Assembly (NCBI GenBank): GCA_002305125.1
Contig: DBQG01000050.1
Span: 1 to 43,010, forward strand
Source: Patescibacteria group bacterium UBA1400
GTDB lineage: Bacteria > Patescibacteriota > Microgenomatia > UBA1400
Length of the DNA: 43,010 nucleotides
Direction of reading: 5' to 3'
Shown one piece after another: positions 1 through 8,611 of the stretch; the first letter of the stretch is position 1, and every line of letters starts with the position of its first letter. The position numbers and the translations under genes were made by a program. The notes under the pieces are model-generated. The model saw only the letters and a program-made list of their open reading frames with translations. It did no database searches and was not told where the DNA came from.

Positions 1-75
1 AAATTACTAGATATATAAGTCTTTTCATAATAATATCTTAAACCAATTTTTAATCCTGGTCAATAATCTGCTTAT

Positions 76-675
76 TTAATTTTTTTTAAGCAAACTTTTA
101 GCTTTTTTTATATCTTGCAATAAAACTACCTTCTTTTCAGGTCTATAGGTAAGATAGGATGGATGAAAGGTAGGAACTAAAAATACTTTACCAAAACTAA
201 AACTAAGCTCAAAAAAATTTTCCCTAAGCTTGCTCATTACTTTTAAAGTTTTTAAATTAAATTTTTCCAGAAAAAAATTTACTGACGTGGCTCCAAGGGT
301 AACAATTACCCTTGGTTTAATTATTTGCATTTGATTAAGCAAAAAAGGGGCATAAAGGGCAATCTCTGCTTTTGTAGGCTTCCTGTTTTTTGGAGGTCTA
401 TCATTAACAATGTTGGTAATATAAACCTCCTCTCTTGGAAGTAAGGCTGTTTTTAAAATACTGTCAAGCCTTTTTCCTGACACCCCACAAAAAGGTTTTC
501 CCGCCTCTGCTTCATTTCTCCCGGGAGCCTCACCTACAAACATAATCCCAGCCTTAAGGCTACCATTGCCTAAAACAGGCTTATAATTATTTTTTTTACG
601 ATAACCATACAAAGGTGAATTTGTTAATCTTTCTAACTCAATCTGAAGTTCTTTTAATCTTTGTTTTTTGGTCAC
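76..675 (-). CDS. Uracil-DNA glycosylase superfamily protein, family-4-like, without Fe-S cysteines
   Basis: 199-aa ORF. It carries motif A 'GEAPG(RNE)', 'KPFCGVSGKRL' (compare PFvGxAG) and the C-terminal motif 'FHPSY'. There is only one Cys in the whole protein. Confidence 0.8.
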   Translation of the reverse strand: MTKKQRLKELQIELERLTNSPLYGYRKKNNYKPVLGNGSLKAGIMFVGEAPGRNEAEAGKPFCGVSGKRLDSILKTALLPREEVYITNIVNDRPPKNRKPTKAEIALYAPFLLNQMQIIKPRVIVTLGATSVNFFLEKFNLKTLKVMSKLRENFFELSFSFGKVFLVPTFHPSYLTYRPEKKVVLLQDIKKAKSLLKKN

Positions 676-707
676 AAACGTATTTTAACAACTTCTTTTT
701 AAGATAA

Positions 708-2480
708 CTACCTCTTTTTTTTCTGTTTTAAAAATTGAGTAAAAGCTGCTAAAGAATAGGTGTTTAAAACATCTTTAGCTTCTAGCCAGCCTCTTCTAGC
801 CTGATAAACACCATATTTTAAATAAAAAAGTTCTTCAGGACTATGGGCATCGCTGGAAAGAGAAAACTTAACCCCTACCTGCTTTGCCTGCATTATATTT
901 TCATCATTTAAATCAAGCCGTGATGGTTGACTGTTTATCTCCAGCAAAACTTGATTTTTTACCGCCATTTTAAAAATTTTTTCTAGGTTAAGTTTGTAAG
1001 GTTCTCTTTTTTGAATAATTCTACCTGTAGGATGGGCAATAATATTACAGTAGGGATTTTCCATTGCCTTAATAAGCCTTTGTGTTTGTTTTTCTAAAGA
1101 AAGATTAAATTTAGAATGAATAGCGCAAACAACTAAATCCAACTGCTTTAAAATTTTATTTGGTAAATCTAAGCTTCCGTCTTCTTTAATATCAACTTCA
1201 ATACCAGCAAACACATGAAGTTCGGAGATTTTTTCATTAAACCGTTTAATTTTTGCTACTTGCTTAATAATCTTTTTTTCATCCAAACCCTGAGTAATTC
1301 CTATAAAACTTGAGTGATCAGTTATGGCAATATATTCTCTACCAAGCTTTTTTGCCCTGCCCGCCATCTGTTCAAACGAAGAGGTACCATCACTACTTTT
1401 AGTATGCATTTGCAAATCACCTTTTAAATCTTTTAACTTAACAAGGTGGGGAAGATTATTATTTAAAGCTGCCTCCACTTCTCCTTTATCTTCCCTTAGC
1501 TCGGGAGGAATATAATCAAGGCCTAAAAGTTTATAAATTTCTTTTTCTGTTTGACCGGCGATTCTTTTTCCTCCTTTAAAAACTCCATACTCATTAACTT
1601 TTAGTCCCTTATCTAAAGCTATATTTCTAATTTTTATATTATGAGCTTTTGATCCGGTAAAATAAAAAAGGGCTGCTCCTTCGCTTTTAGGTACAACCAC
1701 CCTTAAATCAACTTGCAGACTGGGATTAGTAATAACAGAAGCTTTTGTTTCTCCCTGCGACAAAATATCTTTAATTTCCGGAAACCTGGTAAATCTTCTA
1801 CTTACCTGGTTAGGGTCGCTGCTTATAGCTAAAATATCAATATCACCAATAGTCTCTTTTTTTCTTCTATAACTTCCTGCTACAAAAACTTTTTTAACCA
1901 ACTTATCTTGAGAAATCCAGGAAGTTAAAGGTTTTAGATACTGTTCAATTGTTTTAAATTTGATTCTTTCCTTTTTTGTAGCATCCTGCTCTAAGGCTTT
2001 TTTGAGCTGAGCTGTAATTTTTCTGCCAAACCCTTTAAGCTGGGACACTTCATTTTGCATTAACTTATTTCTTAAGTCTTGTTTATTTTTGATTTTCAGC
2101 TGAAGATAAAGATCATGAACCCTTTTGGGACCAAGAGCTGGTAGTTCTAAAAGAGAAGTTAAACCTTCAGGTACTTGCTTTTTCAGTCTTTGCAGCTGTT
2201 TTAAACCGCCTGTTTTAACTATTTCTTTGATTTTTATCTCAAGGTCTTTGCCGATCCCAGGAAGTTTAGTTAAATCCCTGCCTTCTTCAATCAAGTTTTG
2301 GATTTGCCAGGGCAAACGCTCAATGGTTCTGACCGCTTCTCTGTAGGCTCTGATGCGAAACTCGTTATCTCCCTTAATATCCAAAAGGTCAGCCACTTTG
2401 GTAAAAATCTCTACTATTTCAGAGTTATAAATAATTTTGGAAAAAGAAGATTTACCATCATCTTTAACTTTTTTAATCAT
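708..2480 (-). CDS. polX: DNA polymerase X family protein with C-terminal PHP phosphoesterase domain
   Basis: 590-aa ORF. It has the HhH 'LPGIGKDLEIKIKE', the Pol-beta nucleotidyltransferase core 'GSYRRKKETIGDIDIL', and PHP motifs 'DLQMHT' and 'IAITDHS'. Confidence 0.85.
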   Translation of the reverse strand: MIKKVKDDGKSSFSKIIYNSEIVEIFTKVADLLDIKGDNEFRIRAYREAVRTIERLPWQIQNLIEEGRDLTKLPGIGKDLEIKIKEIVKTGGLKQLQRLKKQVPEGLTSLLELPALGPKRVHDLYLQLKIKNKQDLRNKLMQNEVSQLKGFGRKITAQLKKALEQDATKKERIKFKTIEQYLKPLTSWISQDKLVKKVFVAGSYRRKKETIGDIDILAISSDPNQVSRRFTRFPEIKDILSQGETKASVITNPSLQVDLRVVVPKSEGAALFYFTGSKAHNIKIRNIALDKGLKVNEYGVFKGGKRIAGQTEKEIYKLLGLDYIPPELREDKGEVEAALNNNLPHLVKLKDLKGDLQMHTKSSDGTSSFEQMAGRAKKLGREYIAITDHSSFIGITQGLDEKKIIKQVAKIKRFNEKISELHVFAGIEVDIKEDGSLDLPNKILKQLDLVVCAIHSKFNLSLEKQTQRLIKAMENPYCNIIAHPTGRIIQKREPYKLNLEKIFKMAVKNQVLLEINSQPSRLDLNDENIMQAKQVGVKFSLSSDAHSPEELFYLKYGVYQARRGWLEAKDVLNTYSLAAFTQFLKQKKKR

Positions 2481-2581
2481 AAGAAAATAAAATTTATTCT
2501 TTTTAACTGCTTAAAATATAAAGAGAAAACTTTAAAACGCCGTAAGAAAAGAGTAAGAAAAAGGTAAACAAAAAAAGTAAA

Positions 2582-3466
2582 TTAGTCTTTAAAAGTTTGT
2601 TCTAATTCTTTTAATAAATCTTTTTGTTTTTTAGTTAATTTTTTTGGTATTTGAAGCTGCAATCTCACATACATATCTCCCTGGCCCAATCTTTGCGGAT
2701 GAACTATGCCTTTCCCTCTCAATCTCAACATTGTTCCCGGCTGAGTTCCTGATCTTATTTTAACTTTAATAAACTTACCCTCTAATGTCTCTACTTGAAT
2801 ATTGCCTCCCAAAATTGCTGTGGTTAAAGGTATTTGCTTGTCCACAAACACGTCCAAACCTTCTCTTTTAAAATCACTATGAGACCCCACGCTAACGCTG
2901 ACGACAAAATCCTTAAATCTTATGGTTGTCCCCGTATCAACTCCTGCTGGAATCTTTATCTTATACTCTTTACCTCTATGAACAATAGTTTTTTCCAACC
3001 CCTTAACAGCTTCCATAAACTCAAGGTTTAAGTGATATCTTGTCAGTTGTCTTGCTTGTCTTCCCCTAAAAGGAGAACGAGCGCCAAAAAAAGATTCAAA
3101 GATTTCAAAAGGATCGGTGAAACCCTCAAAGTCAAAATCAACACCTGCAAAAGGAGATCTACCTGAGGTAGTATAAGTGTAAGTAAAAGGTCCTGATTTA
3201 TAAGCTTGAGAAAAGGGTCCCTGACCACCACCCTGGGCCGGATCAAAAGCTGCATGTCCAAACTGATCATAAGCCTGACGTTTCTCCTGATCAGATAAAA
3301 CTTCGTAGGCTTCATTTATCTGTTTAAATTTTTGCTCTGCTTCTTTAGATTGATTTTTATCAGGATGATACTCTAAAGCTAATTTTCTGTAGGCTTGTTT
3401 TAATTCCTGAGCACTAGCAGTTTTAGAAACACCTAAAATTTCGTAATAATCTTTTTTGGTTACCAT
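2582..3466 (-). CDS. dnaJ: J-domain co-chaperone (DnaJ/CbpA-like, class II, no zinc finger)
   Basis: 294-aa ORF. The J domain reads 'DYYEILGV...EYHPDKN'. A G/F-rich segment and a C-terminal beta-sandwich region follow. No CxxCxGxG repeats are present. It lies immediately downstream of dnaK. Confidence 0.85.
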   Translation of the reverse strand: MVTKKDYYEILGVSKTASAQELKQAYRKLALEYHPDKNQSKEAEQKFKQINEAYEVLSDQEKRQAYDQFGHAAFDPAQGGGQGPFSQAYKSGPFTYTYTTSGRSPFAGVDFDFEGFTDPFEIFESFFGARSPFRGRQARQLTRYHLNLEFMEAVKGLEKTIVHRGKEYKIKIPAGVDTGTTIRFKDFVVSVSVGSHSDFKREGLDVFVDKQIPLTTAILGGNIQVETLEGKFIKVKIRSGTQPGTMLRLRGKGIVHPQRLGQGDMYVRLQLQIPKKLTKKQKDLLKELEQTFKD

Positions 3467-3587
3467 ATTTTTATAAACTCATTAATTTAAATAATTTTTA
3501 TTACTTTTATTTTTTCCTATTTTGGTAAACCTGTTTTTAACAAACATCTTATTATTTTAATAAAAGCATAGTTTTACTTTAAAGCAT

Positions 3588-3609
3588 AGGCTCGCCAAAA
3601 GACGAGCCT
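3588..3609 (-). terminator. Candidate dnaK terminator hairpin (7-bp stem AGGCTCG/CGAGCCT, 8-nt loop)
   Basis: A perfect inverted repeat lies 24 nt downstream of the dnaK stop. The trailing U-tract on the - strand is weak ('AUGCUUUAAAG'). Confidence 0.45.
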
Positions 3610-3632
3610 AAATATTATTTTTTAAGATCTTT

Positions 3633-5552
3633 TTAATCCTCTACAACCTCACCCTCTTCAACATCTTTGTCTTTATCCTTCTCCTTATTTTCCTCTTTAT
3701 CTTCCTGTTTGTTTCCCTTGGCTTGCTTTTGGGTCTGCTCTTTTTCTGCCTGATCTTTATAGATCTTTTCCCCTATTTTTTGTAATTTCTCAGATAAAAG
3801 ATTCCCGGCACTTTCTAAATCTTCTTTACTTGCCTCTTCCTTGCTAACAAGCTCCTTTAGTTTCTTTATCTCTTCTTCTATTTCTTTTCTTTCCTTATCA
3901 TCAACTTTGTCGCCATGCTCTTTTAAGGTTTTTTCAGCGTTAAAAGCTAAAGATTCTGCTTTGTTTTTTGCTTCTACCAGCTCTTTTTTAATCTTATCAT
4001 CCTGAGCATGTTTTTCTGCTTCTTTTGTCATCTTTTCCACTTCATCATCAGATAATCCGGTTGAACCCTTAATAATAATGCTTTGTTCTTTGCCAGTTCC
4101 TTTATCTTTAGCTTTAACATTTAAAATCCCGTTAGCATCAAGATCAAAAGTAACTTCTATTTGAGGAACGCCTCTTGGAGCCGGCGGAATCCCCTCTAAA
4201 ACAAACCTTCCCAAAGATTTATTATCCTGAGCCATAGGTCTTTCTCCCTGTAGAACATGAATTTCAACCTGGGGCTGATTTTCTGAAGCCGTAGAAAAAA
4301 CTTGCGACTTAGAGGTAGGAATAGTTGTGTTTCTTGTTATTAGGGGCGTCATAACTCCACCTAAAGTTTCTACCCCCAGAGTTAAAGGTGTTACGTCTAA
4401 CAAAAGAACATCCTTAACATCTCCAGCCAATACGCCTGCTTGAACAGCAACTCCGATTGCCACCACTTCATCAGGATTAACAGACTTGTTTGGTTCTTTA
4501 CCAAAAAACTCTTTTACCTTCTCCTGAATCTTAGGCATTCTTGTTTGCCCGCCAACCAAAATAACCTGATTAATATCAGCAGCCTTAAGTTTAGCGTCTT
4601 TTAAAGCCTCTTCTACAGGTTTAATCGTTTGAATAATAAGATCATCTACTAACTCTTCCAATTTAGCCCGGGTTAATTTCATAGTTAAATGGAGCGGCTG
4701 ACCATCTTTGCTTTGGGTAATAAAAGGCTGACTAATCTCTACTTCTTGAGTAGAAGATAGCTCTACCTTGGCTTTTTCAGCCGCATCTTTAATTCTTTGC
4801 AAAGCTTGCTTATCTTGTTTAAGATCAATACCATGTTCTTTTTTAAACTCTGTATTAATCCAATCAATTATTCTTTGATCAAAATCATCTCCACCTAAAA
4901 AGGTATCTCCATTGGTAGCTTTAACTTCATAAACACCATCTCCCAATTCTAAAATGGAAATATCAAAAGTACCGCCACCTAAATCATAAACAGCAATAGT
5001 TTCTGCTTGCTTCTTTTCCATTCCATAAGCTAAGGCTGCTGCTGTCGGCTCATTAATAATCCTTTTTACGTTTAAACCGGCGATTTCTCCTGCTTGTTTG
5101 GTTGCCTGTCTTTGGGCATCGTTAAAATAAGCAGGAACTGTAACAACTGCTTCTTTAACCTCTCCACCTAAATAACTTTCTGCATCTGCCTTAGCTTTTT
5201 GCAAAATCTTGGCCGATATTTCCTGAGGCGTATATTCCTTACCCCCAACTTCAACCACAGCCATATTATTTTTACTAGCTTTAATCGGGTAAGAAACCAT
5301 ATCTTTGGTTTTAGAAACCTGTGGATCATCAATCTTTCTTCCCATCAATCTTTTAATGCTATAAATTGTTTTTTCAGGATTTAAAACCATCTGTCTTTTA
5401 GCCAGTCTTCCCACTAAGTTTTTTTCCGGCTCTACTACTGAAGGAATTAGGTTTTCTCCTTCGGCCGTAGGAATAACCTTAGGTTTACCACCCTCCATTA
5501 CAGCTACTACTGAATTAGTAGTACCTAAATCAATACCAATGATTTTAGCCAT
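3633..5552 (-). CDS. dnaK: Molecular chaperone DnaK (Hsp70)
   Basis: Motifs '[11 protein letters not shown]', 'DLGGGTFD' and '[11 protein letters not shown]' are present. I place the start at ATG 5552 ([10 protein letters not shown]) because AGGAGG sits 7-12 nt upstream (reverse complement of 5559-5564). The ORF-track start at 5585 would add an atypical 11 aa and overlap grpE more deeply. Confidence 0.95.
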   Translation of the reverse strand: MAKIIGIDLGTTNSVVAVMEGGKPKVIPTAEGENLIPSVVEPEKNLVGRLAKRQMVLNPEKTIYSIKRLMGRKIDDPQVSKTKDMVSYPIKASKNNMAVVEVGGKEYTPQEISAKILQKAKADAESYLGGEVKEAVVTVPAYFNDAQRQATKQAGEIAGLNVKRIINEPTAAALAYGMEKKQAETIAVYDLGGGTFDISILELGDGVYEVKATNGDTFLGGDDFDQRIIDWINTEFKKEHGIDLKQDKQALQRIKDAAEKAKVELSSTQEVEISQPFITQSKDGQPLHLTMKLTRAKLEELVDDLIIQTIKPVEEALKDAKLKAADINQVILVGGQTRMPKIQEKVKEFFGKEPNKSVNPDEVVAIGVAVQAGVLAGDVKDVLLLDVTPLTLGVETLGGVMTPLITRNTTIPTSKSQVFSTASENQPQVEIHVLQGERPMAQDNKSLGRFVLEGIPPAPRGVPQIEVTFDLDANGILNVKAKDKGTGKEQSIIIKGSTGLSDDEVEKMTKEAEKHAQDDKIKKELVEAKNKAESLAFNAEKTLKEHGDKVDDKERKEIEEEIKKLKELVSKEEASKEDLESAGNLLSEKLQKIGEKIYKDQAEKEQTQKQAKGNKQEDKEENKEKDKDKDVEEGEVVED

Positions 5553-6012
5553 TTTTAGCCTCCTTTTTCTTTTTTCCCTGTCCAACCTTAACCTTGGCAG
5601 GTCTTAAAACTTTATCATTTAATAAATAACCTTTTTGCACAATCTCCACAACCTTATTCTCCTCACCCTCAACAACCTCAAGGCAGTCCATCAACATTGG
5701 TTCAAACTCTTTGCCTAAAGCTTTTATTTCTTCAACCCCTTCTGTCTGTAAAACTGCATTAAATTGACTAATAGCCATTTTTAGACCCTCGTCCTTTAAA
5801 TACTGCTGAGCTCTTTCAAGATCATCTAAAACTGCCAGGAGTTTATCTATCAAAGCTGCATTAGAAAACTTCACAAAGTCTTGTTTTTCTGCCTGGACTC
5901 TTTTTTCTAAGTTCTGATAATCTGCCAAAGCTCTTTTCCATTTGTCTGTCAGCTGATCTATCTGCTGCTGAAGGTTCTTAAGACTATTTTTATTTAGTGT
6001 TTTACTTATCAT
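5545..6012 (-). CDS. grpE: Nucleotide exchange factor GrpE (short form)
   Basis: 155-aa ORF between hrcA and dnaK. It has an N-terminal coiled coil with '[12 protein letters not shown]' and a C-terminal beta domain '[16 protein letters not shown]'. Confidence 0.85.
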   Translation of the reverse strand: MISKTLNKNSLKNLQQQIDQLTDKWKRALADYQNLEKRVQAEKQDFVKFSNAALIDKLLAVLDDLERAQQYLKDEGLKMAISQFNAVLQTEGVEEIKALGKEFEPMLMDCLEVVEGEENKVVEIVQKGYLLNDKVLRPAKVKVGQGKKKKEAKNG

Positions 6013-6734
6013 GAGCTTACTATCTCTTCAATTAACTGAGTAATATACCTAAGATTGGGAAAGATAGACGGATAATCTAACCTGCAAGAACCAACAACTC
6101 CTAAATGACCATTTAGTCTTGGTGTTTTAAAGTCAGCAAAAACAAAGCCGCAAGACTGAAGCAGTTGTATTCCCAGATCCTCTCCCAGCAGAATATGAAT
6201 TTCTTCCCCACCAACTGCTTTATTTAAAATCTTTTTAATAACTTCAATGTCATCAAGTAAAGATAAAACGGTTCTAGCCACATCTATATCATAAAACTCA
6301 GGATCGTTTAAAATATTAGCGTATCCTGCATGATAAAAATCTCCATGATCAGTAGTGGCAATAGCAAGTGATTGAGTTTTTTCTGATAAAACCCTAACTG
6401 TTTCTTGAAGAAGCTTGTTGGCCTCAGTTCTATAATCCCAAATTTTTCCTTTTACAGCCACTTCATCGGCAACAGAAAGATCTTTTTCTTCCATTAACCG
6501 ATTAACATAAAACTTAAGCGCCATGGGAGTAGGAACTCTGCCGGCAGAGATATGGGGTTGTTTTAAAAACCCTTGAGTTGTTAACACTACCATTTCATTC
6601 CTAATAGTAGCTGGAGAAATTCCAAGGTGATATTTTTTATCTAACACTTCTGAACCAACAGGAGTGGCGGTTTCCAAATATTCCTCAATAACTGCTCTTA
6701 ATATTTGGATTTGCCGGTCATTTAAATCTATCAT
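6009..6734 (-). CDS. hrcA: Heat-inducible transcription repressor HrcA (short, 241 aa)
   Basis: The N-terminal winged-helix reads 'LNDRQIQILRAVIEEYLETATPVGSEVL...ISPATIRNEM'. It is the first gene of the hrcA-grpE-dnaK-dnaJ order, and a CIRCE-like operator lies upstream. Confidence 0.85.
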   Translation of the reverse strand: MIDLNDRQIQILRAVIEEYLETATPVGSEVLDKKYHLGISPATIRNEMVVLTTQGFLKQPHISAGRVPTPMALKFYVNRLMEEKDLSVADEVAVKGKIWDYRTEANKLLQETVRVLSEKTQSLAIATTDHGDFYHAGYANILNDPEFYDIDVARTVLSLLDDIEVIKKILNKAVGGEEIHILLGEDLGIQLLQSCGFVFADFKTPRLNGHLGVVGSCRLDYPSIFPNLRYITQLIEEIVSS

Positions 6735-6756
6735 AATCCCCCTATCTGGACAGTCT

Positions 6757-6783
6757 TTAGCAGTATTTAAGCATGACTGCTAA
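6757..6783 (-). promoter_or_regulatory. CIRCE-like inverted repeat TTAGCAGTa-N9-GACTGCTAA
   Basis: The 27-nt element has 9+9+9 geometry. The arms TTAGCAGT/ACTGCTAA are complementary over 8 bp. It sits 23 nt upstream of the hrcA ATG and overlaps the predicted -10. The known consensus is TTAGCACTC-N9-GAGTGCTAA. Confidence 0.7.
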
Positions 6784-6793
6784 TAGTTGTCAA
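6765..6793 (-). promoter_or_regulatory. Sigma70-type promoter of the hrcA operon (TTGACA-N17-TTAAAT)
   Basis: The reverse complement of 6788-6793 is TTGACA. The reverse complement of 6765-6770 is TTAAAT. The spacer is 17 nt. Confidence 0.6.
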
Positions 6794-6811
6794 GAACTAG
6801 TTAAATTTTGC

Positions 6812-8611
6812 TTATTTAGCTTCCAATACTGCCATAAAAGCCTCTTGAGGAATAGCAATCCTACCAATCTGCTTTAATCTTTTCTTGCCTTTTTTCTGTT
6901 TTTTTAATAACTTATCTTTTCTCGTCTGATCGCCGCCATAAAGTTTAGCCGTCACATCTTTTCTTAAAGCTTTTATTGTTTCCCGAGCTACAATTCTATT
7001 GTTTAGGGCAACTTGAATAGGCACTTCAAATTGCTGGGAAGGAATAACTTCTTTAAGTTTTTTTGCCAAACTCTTAGCCCTAAGCTCCCCCTTGTTAGTG
7101 GCCACAATCATGGATAAAGCTTCAATATTTTGCTTATTGATAAAAACCTCAAGCTTAGTGGCTTTAAAAGCTTTAAAATCCATCATTTCATAGTCTAAGC
7201 TGGCAAAACCAGAAGAAACAGATTTTAGCTCATCGTAAAAACCTTCAATTAGTTCTATCAGGGGCATGGCAAATTCCAAGTTAACATATTCACCATAATA
7301 AACCTGATTTTGAAGATGAGCTCTTTTTTGCTGACAAAGTTCAAAGATGTTACCCAAATATCCTATGGGAGTAAAAATAGATATTTTTACCCAAGGTTCC
7401 TTAACTTCTTTAACTTGAGCCATATCAGGTAATTGACTGGCATTATAGATAATTTTTTCACTGTTGTCCTGTAAGGTTATTTTATACTCTACACTGGGAC
7501 TAGTAATCACAATGTCTAAATTAAAATCCCTTTCCAACCTTTCCTGAGTAATCAGGCCATGAAATACACCTAAAAAACCAACTCTAAATCCTTTTCCTAA
7601 AGCAGGAGAGCCGGTAGAATTATAGTTTAAGGCAAAATCGTTAAGCTTTAACTGCTCCAAGGCATCAGCAAGTAAAGGAAAATCTTTATTTTCAACCGGA
7701 TAAAAATCAAAAAATACAACCGGCTGAGGTTCTCTATAACCAGGTAATGGTTCAACATTTTTTGCCTTATCTAAAGTTATGGTATCGCCTACCTGACAAA
7801 GACTGATGTCTTTTAGCCCAGTAGCCAAATAACCCACTTCTCCATTTTTTAGTTTAATCTGCTGCCTAGGCTGGGGAGCCAAATATCCTACTTCTAAAGG
7901 CTGAAAGATGCCTCCACTTCCTAAAAAACGCAACTTTTGCTCTTTTTTTAGTTTTAAATCAATCTCACCGTCTACAACCCTTAGATAAACAACCACTCCT
8001 TTATGAAGATGATAAAAAGAATCAAAAACCAAAGCCCTTAATGGCTTTTCTTCTTCTCCTAAGGGAGAAGAAACTCTTTCAATTACTTTTTGACAAACCT
8101 CAGCCACATTTTCTCCTGTTTTAGCAGAAACAAAAATAATTTCATCCGCTGAAAAACCAAGACTGTCTATTAGTTCTTGAGCCACTTTTTCAGGCTGAGC
8201 ATTACTCAAATCAACCTTATTAACAACGGGAATAATGGTTAAATCAAGATTTTTGGCTAAACGGAAATTAGCCAGTGTTTGGGCCTGAATTCCCTGGGTT
8301 GCATCAACCAACAAAACAGCGCCCTCACAGCCAGCCAATGAGCGAGATACCTCATAAGAAAAATCAATGTGTCCTGGAGTATCAATTAAGTTTAAAATAT
8401 AGTCAACTCCTTTATAGTTATAATTCATTCTCACTGGAGCCAGCTTAATAGTTACTCCTCTTTCCTGGGAAATAGGGTGGGAATCCAAAAAGCGCTCATG
8501 CATTAACCGCGGATCAACTGTTTTAGTTATTTCAAGCAAGCGATCAGTTAAAGTGGTTTTACCATGATCAATATGAGCAATAATGGAAAAGTTACGGATA
8601 TTATCTTTCAT
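6812..8611 (-). CDS. lepA: Translation elongation factor 4 (LepA)
   Basis: 599-aa ORF. GTPase motifs 'AHIDHGKTTL', 'DTPGHIDF' and 'NKVDL' are present, together with the LepA-specific C-terminus 'YGGDQTRKDKLLKKQKKGKKRLKQIG'. Confidence 0.95.
   Translation of the reverse strand: MKDNIRNFSIIAHIDHGKTTLTDRLLEITKTVDPRLMHERFLDSHPISQERGVTIKLAPVRMNYNYKGVDYILNLIDTPGHIDFSYEVSRSLAGCEGAVLLVDATQGIQAQTLANFRLAKNLDLTIIPVVNKVDLSNAQPEKVAQELIDSLGFSADEIIFVSAKTGENVAEVCQKVIERVSSPLGEEEKPLRALVFDSFYHLHKGVVVYLRVVDGEIDLKLKKEQKLRFLGSGGIFQPLEVGYLAPQPRQQIKLKNGEVGYLATGLKDISLCQVGDTITLDKAKNVEPLPGYREPQPVVFFDFYPVENKDFPLLADALEQLKLNDFALNYNSTGSPALGKGFRVGFLGVFHGLITQERLERDFNLDIVITSPSVEYKITLQDNSEKIIYNASQLPDMAQVKEVKEPWVKISIFTPIGYLGNIFELCQQKRAHLQNQVYYGEYVNLEFAMPLIELIEGFYDELKSVSSGFASLDYEMMDFKAFKATKLEVFINKQNIEALSMIVATNKGELRAKSLAKKLKEVIPSQQFEVPIQVALNNRIVARETIKALRKDVTAKLYGGDQTRKDKLLKKQKKGKKRLKQIGRIAIPQEAFMAVLEAK

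Noticed and set aside
3633-3660. The DnaK C-terminal 'EEGEVVED' tail as a eukaryote-like EEVD TPR-docking motif.
   Set aside because: It is an acidic low-complexity tail common to many bacterial DnaKs. It is not an exact EEVD terminus, and no TPR co-chaperone is evident.
5553-5585. An 11-codon N-terminal extension of dnaK ([11 protein letters not shown]) suggested by the ORF track.
   Set aside because: A strong AGGAGG SD sits in front of the internal ATG at 5552, and the canonical DnaK N-terminus is [14 protein letters not shown]. The extension would lie within the grpE coding sequence.
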